A DNA stretch of 42,293 nucleotides from the NCBI GenBank assembly GCA_046565705.1, contig JBKHYE010000091.1:1-42293 (forward strand), in the 5' to 3' direction. Source of the DNA: Actinomycetes bacterium (lineage in GTDB: Bacteria > Actinomycetota > Actinomycetes > Mycobacteriales > SCTD01). Positions 33,551-42,206 of this stretch are shown here, in pieces. Both the position numbers and the translations under genes were made by a program. How positions within the stretch are numbered: position 1 is the first letter of the stretch; the number at the start of each line of letters is the position of its first letter. The notes under the pieces were generated by a model. The model searched no databases. It was not told the origin of the DNA and saw only the letters and a program-made list of their open reading frames with translations.

Positions 33551-34716
33551 CTACGGTGCGCGTCGCCCCGCGGCGGACGGAACGGGCAGATCACGGCTGC
33601 GCGCCGCGGGTGCGAGCATGATCTCGACCTTCTGGAACTCCTTGAGCGAGGAGTAGCCGGTCATCGCCATCGCACGGCGCAGGCCGCCGAACAGGTTGGT
33701 CGAGCCGTCTGCCGTGCACGACGGCCCGACGAGCACCTCCTGCAGCGTGCCGACGGTCCCGACGTCGACGCGCGTGCCACGCGGCAGCTCCGGGTGCGAC
33801 GACCCGTGCCCCCAGTGCCAGCCCCCGCCGGGTGCCTCGGCGGCGCGCGCGAGCGGGCTACCGAGCATGACGGCGTCCGCGCCGCAGGCGACCGCCTTGG
33901 CGATGTCGCCGCCGGTGCGCATCCCGCCGTCGGCGATGACGTGCACGTACCGGCCGCCGGACTCGTCGAGGTAGTCGCGCCGGGCGCCGGCGGCGTCCGC
34001 CACCGCCGTCGCCATCGGCACGCCGATCCCCATGACGCTGCGGGTGGTGTTCGCGCTGCCGCCGGCCACGCCCACGAGCACACCGGCCGCTCCGGTGCGC
34101 ATGAGGTGCAGCGCGCTCTGGTAGGTCGCCGCGCCGCCGACGAGCACGGGCACGTCGAGGTCGGCGATGAAGCGCTTGAGGTTCAGCGGTTCCTGCCGGC
34201 TGCTCACGTGCTCGGCCGACACGACGGTGCCCTGGATGACGAAGATGTCGACGCCGGAGTCGAGCACCGTCTGCGCGAACTGCACCGTGCGCTGCGGCGT
34301 CAGGCTGGCGGCGACGGTGACGCCGGCGTCGCGGATCTGCTTGACCCGCGCGGTGATGAGGTCGGCCTTCACCGGCTCGGCGTAGATGCGCTGCAGCTCG
34401 CGCGTCACGTCGGCCGCGGGGATCTCCGCGATCCGCTCGAGCAGCGGCTCCGGCTCGTCGTACCGGGTCCACAGCCCTTCGAGGTCGAGGACGCCGAGCC
34501 CGCCGAGCCGCCCCAGCTCGATGGCGGTGGCAGGCGACATGACGCCGTCCATGGCGCTGGCCACGAGCGGCAGCTCGAAGCGGTAGGCGTCGATGTCCCA
34601 GGCGATCGAGACGTCCTCGGGGTCGCGGGTGCGGCGCGACGGCGCAATGGTGATGTCGTCGAAGCCGTACGCACGCCGGCCGGACTTGCCGATGCCGATC
34701 TCGACGGTGTCCGGCA

Positions 34717-34717
<1 letters not shown>
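33551..34717 (-). CDS. GuaB3-type IMP dehydrogenase-related protein (no CBS insert)
   Basis: VEIGIGKSGRRAYGFDDITIAPSRRTRDPEDV...LPLVASAMDGVMSP...IADGGMRTGGDIAKA is the pattern of the CBS-less IMPDH paralogue that follows guaB in actinobacteria. Its ATG overlaps the guaB stop (TGATG). Confidence 0.9.
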
Positions 34718-36285
<1,568 letters not shown>

Positions 36286-36333
36286 CTAGCCGCGGGCGCC
36301 GTCGCGGCCGGGTCGCCGAGCCGCGTCCGACGT

Positions 36334-36371
36334 CGTGCTCTCCACAGCGTCAGGGCGCTGTGGAGAGCACG
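36334..36371 (-). terminator. Strong hairpin after the BldM-like regulator gene, separating it from guaB
   Basis: A perfect 16-bp inverted repeat, cgtgctctccacagcg (36334-36349) and cgctgtggagagcacg (36356-36371), encloses a 6-nt loop. It lies 14 nt downstream of the stop at 36385. Confidence 0.6.
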
Positions 36372-36384
36372 ATGTCGCGACGGG

Positions 36385-37014
36385 TCAGCTGACGAGGCCC
36401 CGGCGGAAGCCGAGCGCCACGGCCTGCGCGCGGTCGTTGACGCCGAGCTTGCGGAACAGCCGGCGGGCGTGGGTCTTGATGGTGTCCTCGGACAGGTACA
36501 GGTCGCGGCCGATCTGGGCGTTGCTCTTGCCCTGGCTCATCCCAGTGAGGACCTGCAGCTCGCGCTCGGTCAGCTGCGCGCCGGGCGGCATGCTGCGCGC
36601 GTTGTCGCGGCTCGCCAGCGCGCGGCGCAGCGACGGCTCCACGAGGTCGGCGCCGTCGAGGGCGTGCGCGACAGCGGCGCACAGCTCCTCGTGCGAGACG
36701 TCCTTGAGCAGGTAGCCGCGCGCACCGTGCGAGACGGCGGCCGCGACCTGGTCCCGGTCGTCGGCGGCGGTCAGCATGATCACCTTGGCGCCCGGGTACT
36801 GCGCGACGAGCCGCCGGGTCGCCTCGAGGCCACCGAGCCCCGGCATGCGGACGTCCATCAGCACGAGGTCGGGGTGCTCGTGCGGGTAGCGCGCCAGCAC
36901 CTCCTCACCGCTCGCGGCGGTCTCCACGCGGTCGACGCCGGGGACGCCCGCGACGAACTGGCGCAGTCCTTCGCGCACGATGCGGTGGTCGTCGCAGATC
37001 AGCACGGTGGTCAC
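36385..37014 (-). CDS. bldM: BldM-like NarL/LuxR-family response regulator
   Basis: MTTVLICDDHRIVREGL...VETAASGEEVL...DLVLMDVRMPGLGGLE...IMLT...ARGYLLKD...LTERELQVLTGMSQGKSNAQIGRDLYLSEDTIKTHARRLFRKLGVNDRAQAVALGFRRGLV aligns end to end with my recollection of Streptomyces BldM. The genomic context (whiD, guaB) agrees. Confidence 0.8.
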   Translation of the reverse strand: MTTVLICDDHRIVREGLRQFVAGVPGVDRVETAASGEEVLARYPHEHPDLVLMDVRMPGLGGLEATRRLVAQYPGAKVIMLTAADDRDQVAAAVSHGARGYLLKDVSHEELCAAVAHALDGADLVEPSLRRALASRDNARSMPPGAQLTERELQVLTGMSQGKSNAQIGRDLYLSEDTIKTHARRLFRKLGVNDRAQAVALGFRRGLVS

Positions 37015-37967
37015 GGGATCGCCTCGATCTCGTCGTGGGGGGTGGTGCCGGGGGTTGCCGGGACCGAGAGCACCACGCTCCCGGTGGGATCGATGTGCAG
37101 CGACGCGCCGACCGCGCGGGCACGCGCGCTCCAGCGGTCAGCGGCGGCCAGTCGTCCGCCGACGTGCAGGTGCACGCCCTCGACGTCCCTGACGAGCTGG
37201 ACGCAGGTGGGCTGCGCCGCGTCACGGGCGACCGACTGCACGAGCCGGTACGACACGGACGACGTCCGCGGGTCGAGCGCCGCGGCCGCAGCCGTGTCGA
37301 GCGCGAGGAGGAGCGGCGGCCCACCCGACTCCTCGAGTCGCGCGCTGAGCTGCTCGAGCGCGGGCGCGAGCCCGCCGTCGGCACCGCCGCGCGGACGCGC
37401 CAGCCACAGCGACCGGCGCAGCGACCGCAGCGCGGCCTGCACGGCGTCGCGCGCCGCGATGACGTCGCCGCCGCGGACCGCCGCGTCGGCGGCGAAGCGT
37501 GCGTAGACCAGCTCCTGGACCGGACCGTCGTGGAGCGCGTCGGCGAGCTCGTCGGCCTCGGCGTCGGCCGCGTGGAGCAGGCTCTGCGCCAGCGCGTCGT
37601 CGGGCGGCCGCAGCGCCAGCCCGAGCACGGCGCAGACACCCCGCAGCGCCGGCAGGTCGCTGGGGCGGGCGCCGACGACGGTCAGCGTCGCGGTGCGCGA
37701 GCGGCCGGCGAGCACGGGAAGGGAGACGACGGCCTCGCCGTCGGGCGCCTCGCGGCGCTGCGGCACGGCGTGCACGGCGTCGCCGGCGACGGCACGCAGG
37801 GCACCGGTGGCGACGTCGCGCAGCACGGCGCCGCGCAGGCCGAGCGCGTCGACGACGTCGTCGAGCACCGGCTGCACCGCAGCCGTCCCGTCAGCGGCGA
37901 GCCGCGTGGCGGCAGCGGCGAGCACTGTGCCGAGGTCGGCCGTCGTCGTGCCGGTCGGGACCTGCAC
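37011..37967 (-). CDS. Soluble GAF-like plus HisKA_3 histidine-kinase-like protein with an apparently degenerate ATPase domain
   Basis: The H-box is EADELADALHDGPVQELVYARF. The DHp/N-box-like stretch is LRRSLWLARP...GLAPALEQL...SYRLVQSVARDAAQ, with Asp where the N-box Asn is expected. No DxGxG or GxGL boxes are visible and there is no TM segment. The stop overlaps the regulator start as GTGA. I prefer GTG 37967 as the start because it follows GGGAGG plus 6 nt; ATG 38045 and ATG 38198 are in-frame alternatives. Confidence 0.7.
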   Translation of the reverse strand: MQVPTGTTTADLGTVLAAAATRLAADGTAAVQPVLDDVVDALGLRGAVLRDVATGALRAVAGDAVHAVPQRREAPDGEAVVSLPVLAGRSRTATLTVVGARPSDLPALRGVCAVLGLALRPPDDALAQSLLHAADAEADELADALHDGPVQELVYARFAADAAVRGGDVIAARDAVQAALRSLRRSLWLARPRGGADGGLAPALEQLSARLEESGGPPLLLALDTAAAAALDPRTSSVSYRLVQSVARDAAQPTCVQLVRDVEGVHLHVGGRLAAADRWSARARAVGASLHIDPTGSVVLSVPATPGTTPHDEIEAIP

Positions 37968-38112
37968 GTGCCACCTCCCTCGTCGGTCGCCGGTGCGGAA
38001 GCACCCGTCCGCGGCACAGCGGACCTGCTGCACCGAGACCACCATCGGCACGCAACAGGCCCGACGTGAGCAGAACGCGGTGAGTTGGTCAGGAGGGACT
38101 ACCTCTGACGGT

Positions 38113-38210
38113 CCGCCCGGACGGGTGACCGTCCTCACCCGCCCGGGGGACGGCCCCTGTTCGTCCGGATCGTCCCCCACCCGGGTGCACGGCCTCACCC
38201 GGAAGGGCTA
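38113..38210. promoter_or_regulatory. Cluster of TCACCC/GGGTGA half-sites (BldM-box-like 16-mers) upstream of the kinase-like/bldM-like operon
   Basis: The 16-mers are CCGCCCGGACGGGTGA (38113-38128), TCACCCGCCCGGGGGA (38135-38150) and TCACCCGGAAGGGCTA (38195-38210). There is also the inverted repeat GGGTGA-N6-TCACCC (38123-38140) and CCACCCGGGTGCA (38177-38189). Confidence 0.35.
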
Positions 38211-38218
38211 CGGCCCGG

Positions 38219-39139
38219 TCATCCCTCGAGCAGAGCGGCGACGTCAGGACGCGCGAGCCACTCCGCGCGCACTCCGGGCGGCAGGTCGCCGGCGAGGGCC
38301 AGCACCGCCGAGCGCGCCGCCGCGAGGCTGCGGGTGCTCTCGGCCGGGTCCTGCTCAGCGAGCAGCGCGCCGAGCAGAGCGCGGGCCGGCCAGATCAGCG
38401 GCACGGCACCCAGCGACTCGGCGAGCGTCGCAGCCCGCCGGAGCGTGCCGGCCGCGTCCTCGTCCGCCCCGCTCACCAGGGCGATGCCGCGGATCAGCAG
38501 GCCCTTGGCGACGTGCCGCGGCGCGCGGGCCTGCTCGGCCAGCTCGATCGACGCCAGCGCTGCGGCGGCGGCGTCGTCCTGGCGGCCCTCGAGCAGCGCC
38601 ACCTCCGCCTCGACCCAGCCGAGGCGCACGCGCTGGCGCCACCACTCGTCGGAGCGCGACGGCACCAGCTCGCGCGCGGCCGCCAGCCGGGTTTGCGCCT
38701 CGTCGACGTCCTCGAGCCCCACCGCGTCCGAGGCCAGACCCAGCTCGGCGTCGAACGCCGCCTCGGCGGCGCCGTCGGCGAGCTCGCGCGCCGTGAGGTC
38801 GGCGTCGCGCGCGATGGCGTGCCGGCCGAGCTGCCGGTGCACGCTGGCGATCGTCGACGAGGCGAGCGCGGCGAACAGCCGGTGCTCGGGGCTCGCGCCG
38901 TCGGCGCGCCCCGCCTCGACGAGCGGCGACAGCACCGTCAGCGCGCCGCCGTAGCGACCGCCTGCGCCGAGGGCGACGCCGAGCAGCCAGGCGGCCGCGG
39001 CCACCTCGGCGGCCCTGCCCTGCGACTGCGCCAGCACGACGGCCTGCTCGAGCGCGCCCACGGCGGCGGCGGGCTTGCCGTGGAACGCGGCGTGCTCGCC
39101 GGTGGCGAGCAGGTCCGCGAGATCCCCGGGCGCCGTCAC
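38219..39139 (-). CDS. Hypothetical all-helical TPR-like protein
   Basis: The 306-aa Ala/Leu/Glu/Arg-rich product has repeated helix-pair periodicity (AAVGALEQAVVLAQSQGRAAEVAAAAWLLGVALGAGGRYGGAL...). GTG 39139 lies 10 nt after the stop of the upstream MerR gene. The upstream 495 codons of the 801-aa ORF are a shadow frame over that gene. Confidence 0.55.
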   Translation of the reverse strand: MTAPGDLADLLATGEHAAFHGKPAAAVGALEQAVVLAQSQGRAAEVAAAAWLLGVALGAGGRYGGALTVLSPLVEAGRADGASPEHRLFAALASSTIASVHRQLGRHAIARDADLTARELADGAAEAAFDAELGLASDAVGLEDVDEAQTRLAAARELVPSRSDEWWRQRVRLGWVEAEVALLEGRQDDAAAAALASIELAEQARAPRHVAKGLLIRGIALVSGADEDAAGTLRRAATLAESLGAVPLIWPARALLGALLAEQDPAESTRSLAAARSAVLALAGDLPPGVRAEWLARPDVAALLEG

Positions 39140-39149
39140 GCGCGGCACT

Positions 39150-40250
39150 CTACGAGGCCGGGCCGCGCCACACGCCGAGGGCGCGTTCGGCCAGCTCGAC
39201 CGCCGAGCCGAGGTCGGTCGCGACGGTGGCCCGGTCCGGCACCGGCACCGTCTCCCACCCGGGTCCGCCGACGACCACGGACGTCGGCGGCCGGGTGACG
39301 GGCAGGTCGTCGAGGCCGGAGCGCGCGGCCGGGCCGGGCAGCTGCGCCCACACGAACAGCAGCGCGGGGCCGGTGCGCCGCACGGCGGCCTGCAGCGCCT
39401 CGGGCGGCAGCGCGGCCCCGAGCGTCCTCGTCGCGGTCCCGCGCTCGGCCAGGGCAGCCGCCAGCGCCTGCAGCGGCAGGGCGTGCTGCTCGTCGGGCGC
39501 GCAGGCCAGCAGCGCGGGTCGTCGGCCGGGGACCTCGTGCGCCGTCTCGGCGACACCGCGGAGGACCGTGGCGGCGCAGTCGGAGACCAGGTGCTCGACC
39601 TCGACGCCCTGGCCGGTGGCCGCCCAGCGGTCGCCGACCGCGACGAGGACCGGACGCAGCACGTGCTCCCAGGTGTGCAGGACGCCGTGCGCCGCGACCT
39701 GCTCGCGGATGCCGCGGGTGAGAGCCGCGGCGTCGAGGGCCATGGCGGCCCGGCCGAGCCCGCGGACGACGCCGTCGGCACCGGGGAGCGCGAGCACCCG
39801 CCCGCCGGGACCGCCGCGCGAGCGCAGGCGGCCCTGCACGTCGGGCAGCGGCGCTCCTGGTCCGGTGGGCATCCCGTCCGACGCCCGCGCGACACGGGCG
39901 GCCTCGGCCGGCGGCACGCCCTCCAGGGTGAGCCGGCGCATCGTCTCGAGCCGCGCGACGTCGGAGGGCGAGTACCGCCGGTGCGCCCCGGCGGCGTGCT
40001 CGCCGGGGCCGAGCCCGTACCGCCGGGCCCACGTGCGCAGGGTGGCCGGGGCGACGCCGAGCCGGTGGGCCACGGCTGCGACGGAGTACCGCGGACCCCC
40101 ATCCGGCACGGCGTCGGCAACGAACGCAGGACGGGCAGGGCCGTCAGCACGCTCGTCGAGGTCCTCGGGCACGACCGCAGGATGCGACCGGGCGTCGCCG
40201 ACCACAACTCGGCGCACTCGCGGAGCGGTTGAGGCCCATATCGGCGCCAT
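39150..40250 (-). CDS. MerR-family regulator with a C-terminal cobalamin (B12)-binding domain (CarH/LitR-like)
   Basis: The MerR HTH is YSVAAVAHRLGVAPATLRTWARRYGLGP...HRRYSPSDVARLETMRRL. The helical-bundle motif is DRW-AATGQGVEV-EH (W-x9-E-H). The Rossmann part is ALLACAPDEQHALPLQALAAALAERG...VVVGGPGW (E-x-H present; GG present). Confidence 0.8.
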   Translation of the reverse strand: MAPIWASTAPRVRRVVVGDARSHPAVVPEDLDERADGPARPAFVADAVPDGGPRYSVAAVAHRLGVAPATLRTWARRYGLGPGEHAAGAHRRYSPSDVARLETMRRLTLEGVPPAEAARVARASDGMPTGPGAPLPDVQGRLRSRGGPGGRVLALPGADGVVRGLGRAAMALDAAALTRGIREQVAAHGVLHTWEHVLRPVLVAVGDRWAATGQGVEVEHLVSDCAATVLRGVAETAHEVPGRRPALLACAPDEQHALPLQALAAALAERGTATRTLGAALPPEALQAAVRRTGPALLFVWAQLPGPAARSGLDDLPVTRPPTSVVVGGPGWETVPVPDRATVATDLGSAVELAERALGVWRGPAS

Positions 40251-40252
40251 AC

Positions 40253-40281
40253 TTGAACAACTTGTGGCGCGGATGTACGGT
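40253..40281 (+). promoter_or_regulatory. Candidate housekeeping-sigma-type promoter of whiD, overlapped by a small palindrome
   Basis: The layout is TTGAAC (40253-40258), 17 nt, then TACGGT (40276-40281). The palindrome ACAAcTTGT (40257-40265) and the direct repeat ACTTG (40251-40255 and 40260-40264) overlap the -35 element. Confidence 0.4.
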
Positions 40282-40334
40282 CACGACGAGCGGAGCCCGA
40301 GACCCCGGCCTCCCGCGACGAGGGGATCGACCTC

Positions 40335-40637
40335 ATGACCGACATCTCCCGGCTTCCCGGGCCGCAGCTGGAGAAATGGGAGTGGCAGCTGCTCGGCGCC
40401 TGCCGAGGCGAGGACACCGAGCTGTTCTTCCACCCCGAGGGCGAGCGCGGACCGCGCCGCAGCAACCGCGAGGCCGCCGCGAAGGCGGTCTGCGCGAGCT
40501 GCCCGGTCATCGCGCTGTGCCGCGAGCACGCGCTCGCCTCGCGCGAGCCGTACGGCGTGTGGGGCGGGATGTCGGAGTCCGAGCGCGAAGCGGTGCACGC
40601 CCGTCGCGCCGCGGCGCCGATCACCGCGGCGAGCTGA
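40335..40637 (+). CDS. whiD: WhiB-family Fe-S transcription factor, WhiD/WhiB3 type
   Basis: SRLPGPQLEKWEWQLLGACRG...LFFHPEGERGPRRSNREAAAKAVCASCPVIALCREHALASREPYGVWGGMSESERE carries four Cys (C-x(n)-C-x2-C-x5-C) and the GVWGG turn. It is a close match to my recollection of Streptomyces WhiD. Confidence 0.92.
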   Translation: MTDISRLPGPQLEKWEWQLLGACRGEDTELFFHPEGERGPRRSNREAAAKAVCASCPVIALCREHALASREPYGVWGGMSESEREAVHARRAAAPITAAS

Positions 40638-40640
40638 CCG

Positions 40641-40658
40641 GCGGGCGTTCGCGCCCGC
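40641..40658 (+). terminator. Hairpin after whiD
   Basis: GCGGGCG-UUCG-CGCCCGC is a 7-bp GC stem with a UUCG tetraloop, starting 4 nt after the TGA stop. There is no U-tract, which is common in high-GC actinobacteria. Confidence 0.45.
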
Positions 40659-40859
40659 GTTCGTCCGCGCTCGGGTTCGTGATCGCGAGCGGCAGGCCGC
40701 GTCGGCAGGCGCTTGTTCGGGCTGTCCGACGCTCACGATCACCGGGGAACGGTGAGGCGTCGCGCGCGTGCGCTGCGTCACGTACGCTGGCCTGTCGAGC
40801 ACCCGGACCGCCGGCACGGTGGTCCGGCCCGCCCCTTCCCCAGCGAGGAGCTGTCGCCG

Positions 40860-42143
40860 GTGCCGTCCGCCCCGGAGCGGTTCGCAGCGTCTGCCGCCGC
40901 GCGCGCGTTGGACGCGCTGCGCGCGCCGGCGCTCGTCGCCGCGGGCCTGGCGCTCACGACAGCCGCGTCCGTGACCGTCGTCGCGGTCGACGTCGCGGGC
41001 TCGTCCCCCGAGGTCGGGCCGTCGGGCATCCAGGCGACCAGCCGGCCGGCCCAGAGCAGCGCACCGGTCGAGACGGCCGAGAGCGGCGACGCGCTCGGCC
41101 GGCCGGGGCCGCAGCCGGCGGTCCAGCCGCTGACCGAGCGGCTGGAGCCCGACGTCCTGGTCAAGCTGCCGGCTCCGCTGCCCCCCGACCGCGTCGGCGC
41201 GCTGGCTCCCAAGAGCCGCACCGTCGCGTTCCGGTCCGGCACCGTCCGCCTGGGCGAGTCCGAGGTCCCGGCGCTCGGCGTCGACCCGTCGTCGTTCCGC
41301 GCGTTCACCGCGAAGGGGACCGCCGAGGCCGACGCCGTCTGGCAGGCCGTCGCCCGCGGCGAGGCCATCGCGTCGCACGACTTCGGCAAGCGGGCGGGCC
41401 TCGAGCTCGGCGGCGACGTCGTGGTGAGCCCGACGTCCGGTGGCGAGCCCGTCCGCCTGCGGGTCGGCGCCTTCGCGACCACCGGCGTGCCCGGCGGCGA
41501 CCTCGTCGTCGACGAGAGCACCGGCGAGCGGCTCGGGCTGGCGCCGTCGTCCGCCGTGCTCGTCGCGGCCCCTGAGGGCGAGGACCCGGTGCTGGTCGCC
41601 GAGCAGGTCCGCAAGGCGGCCGGCCAGGGCGCGCAGGTCGACCTGCTGTCACCACCGTCGAAGAACCCCGTCGCGTTCCTCACCGGCAGCAAGGCGGCCA
41701 AGGCCTTCGGTGCCTTCTCCTACCGCTACTACCCCGACGGCACGATCGAGCCGGACGCCGAGTGGGTGCGCCGCAACATCGTCACGACGACCGTGCCCAT
41801 CATGGGCAGGGTCACCTGCCACCGGCTGATGGTGCCGCAGCTGCGGGCGGCGCTGCAGGAGGTCCAGGACAGCGGGCTCGGCCACCTGCTCAAGACCTAC
41901 GACGGCTGCTACGTGCCTCGCTTCATCGCGCGCAACCCGGACAACTCGATCTCGCTGCACACCTGGGGCATCGCGATCGACATGGACGCCGCCACGAACT
42001 ACCGCGGCATCCGCGGGACGATGGACGTCCGGATCGTCGAGATCTTCAAGCGCTGGGGCTTCCGCTGGGGCGGCGACTGGAAGTACACCGACCCCATGCA
42101 CTTCGAGCTCGGCGCGCTGCTCACGACGCCGGCCAGGAAGTAG
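40860..42143 (+). CDS. Membrane-anchored M15 family (VanY/D-Ala-D-Ala carboxypeptidase-like) peptidase
   Basis: The C-terminal SISLHTWGIAIDMDA...FKRWGFRWGGDWKYTDPMHFE shows the M15 H-x6-D ... H zinc signature. The N-terminal TM is LVAAGLALTTAASVTVVAV. GTG 40860 follows GAGGAG; the ORF maximum start is 40713. Confidence 0.8.
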   Translation: MPSAPERFAASAAARALDALRAPALVAAGLALTTAASVTVVAVDVAGSSPEVGPSGIQATSRPAQSSAPVETAESGDALGRPGPQPAVQPLTERLEPDVLVKLPAPLPPDRVGALAPKSRTVAFRSGTVRLGESEVPALGVDPSSFRAFTAKGTAEADAVWQAVARGEAIASHDFGKRAGLELGGDVVVSPTSGGEPVRLRVGAFATTGVPGGDLVVDESTGERLGLAPSSAVLVAAPEGEDPVLVAEQVRKAAGQGAQVDLLSPPSKNPVAFLTGSKAAKAFGAFSYRYYPDGTIEPDAEWVRRNIVTTTVPIMGRVTCHRLMVPQLRAALQEVQDSGLGHLLKTYDGCYVPRFIARNPDNSISLHTWGIAIDMDAATNYRGIRGTMDVRIVEIFKRWGFRWGGDWKYTDPMHFELGALLTTPARK

Positions 42144-42206
42144 GGCTGTCGCAGCCGTCGGGCAGACTGCCGTCGAGGGTCGAGACTCGCCGAGAGGACT
42201 CGCCCC

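Noticed and set aside
33505-33594. Longest start (ATG 33594) for the GGDEF/EAL gene.
   Set aside because: It would overlap the 3' end of guaB3 by 44 nt and add a Cys/Pro/Arg-rich peptide. TTG 33504 has a GGAG 6 nt upstream. This is uncertain, and the true start needs proteomic or Ribo-seq data.
39140-40624. The N-terminal 495 codons of the 801-aa minus-strand ORF (38219-40624).
   Set aside because: This part overlaps the MerR/B12 gene in another frame and even runs antisense over whiD. Its composition is Pro/Arg/Ser-rich junk. Only the C-terminal 306 aa from GTG 39139, right after the MerR stop, look like a real helical-repeat protein.
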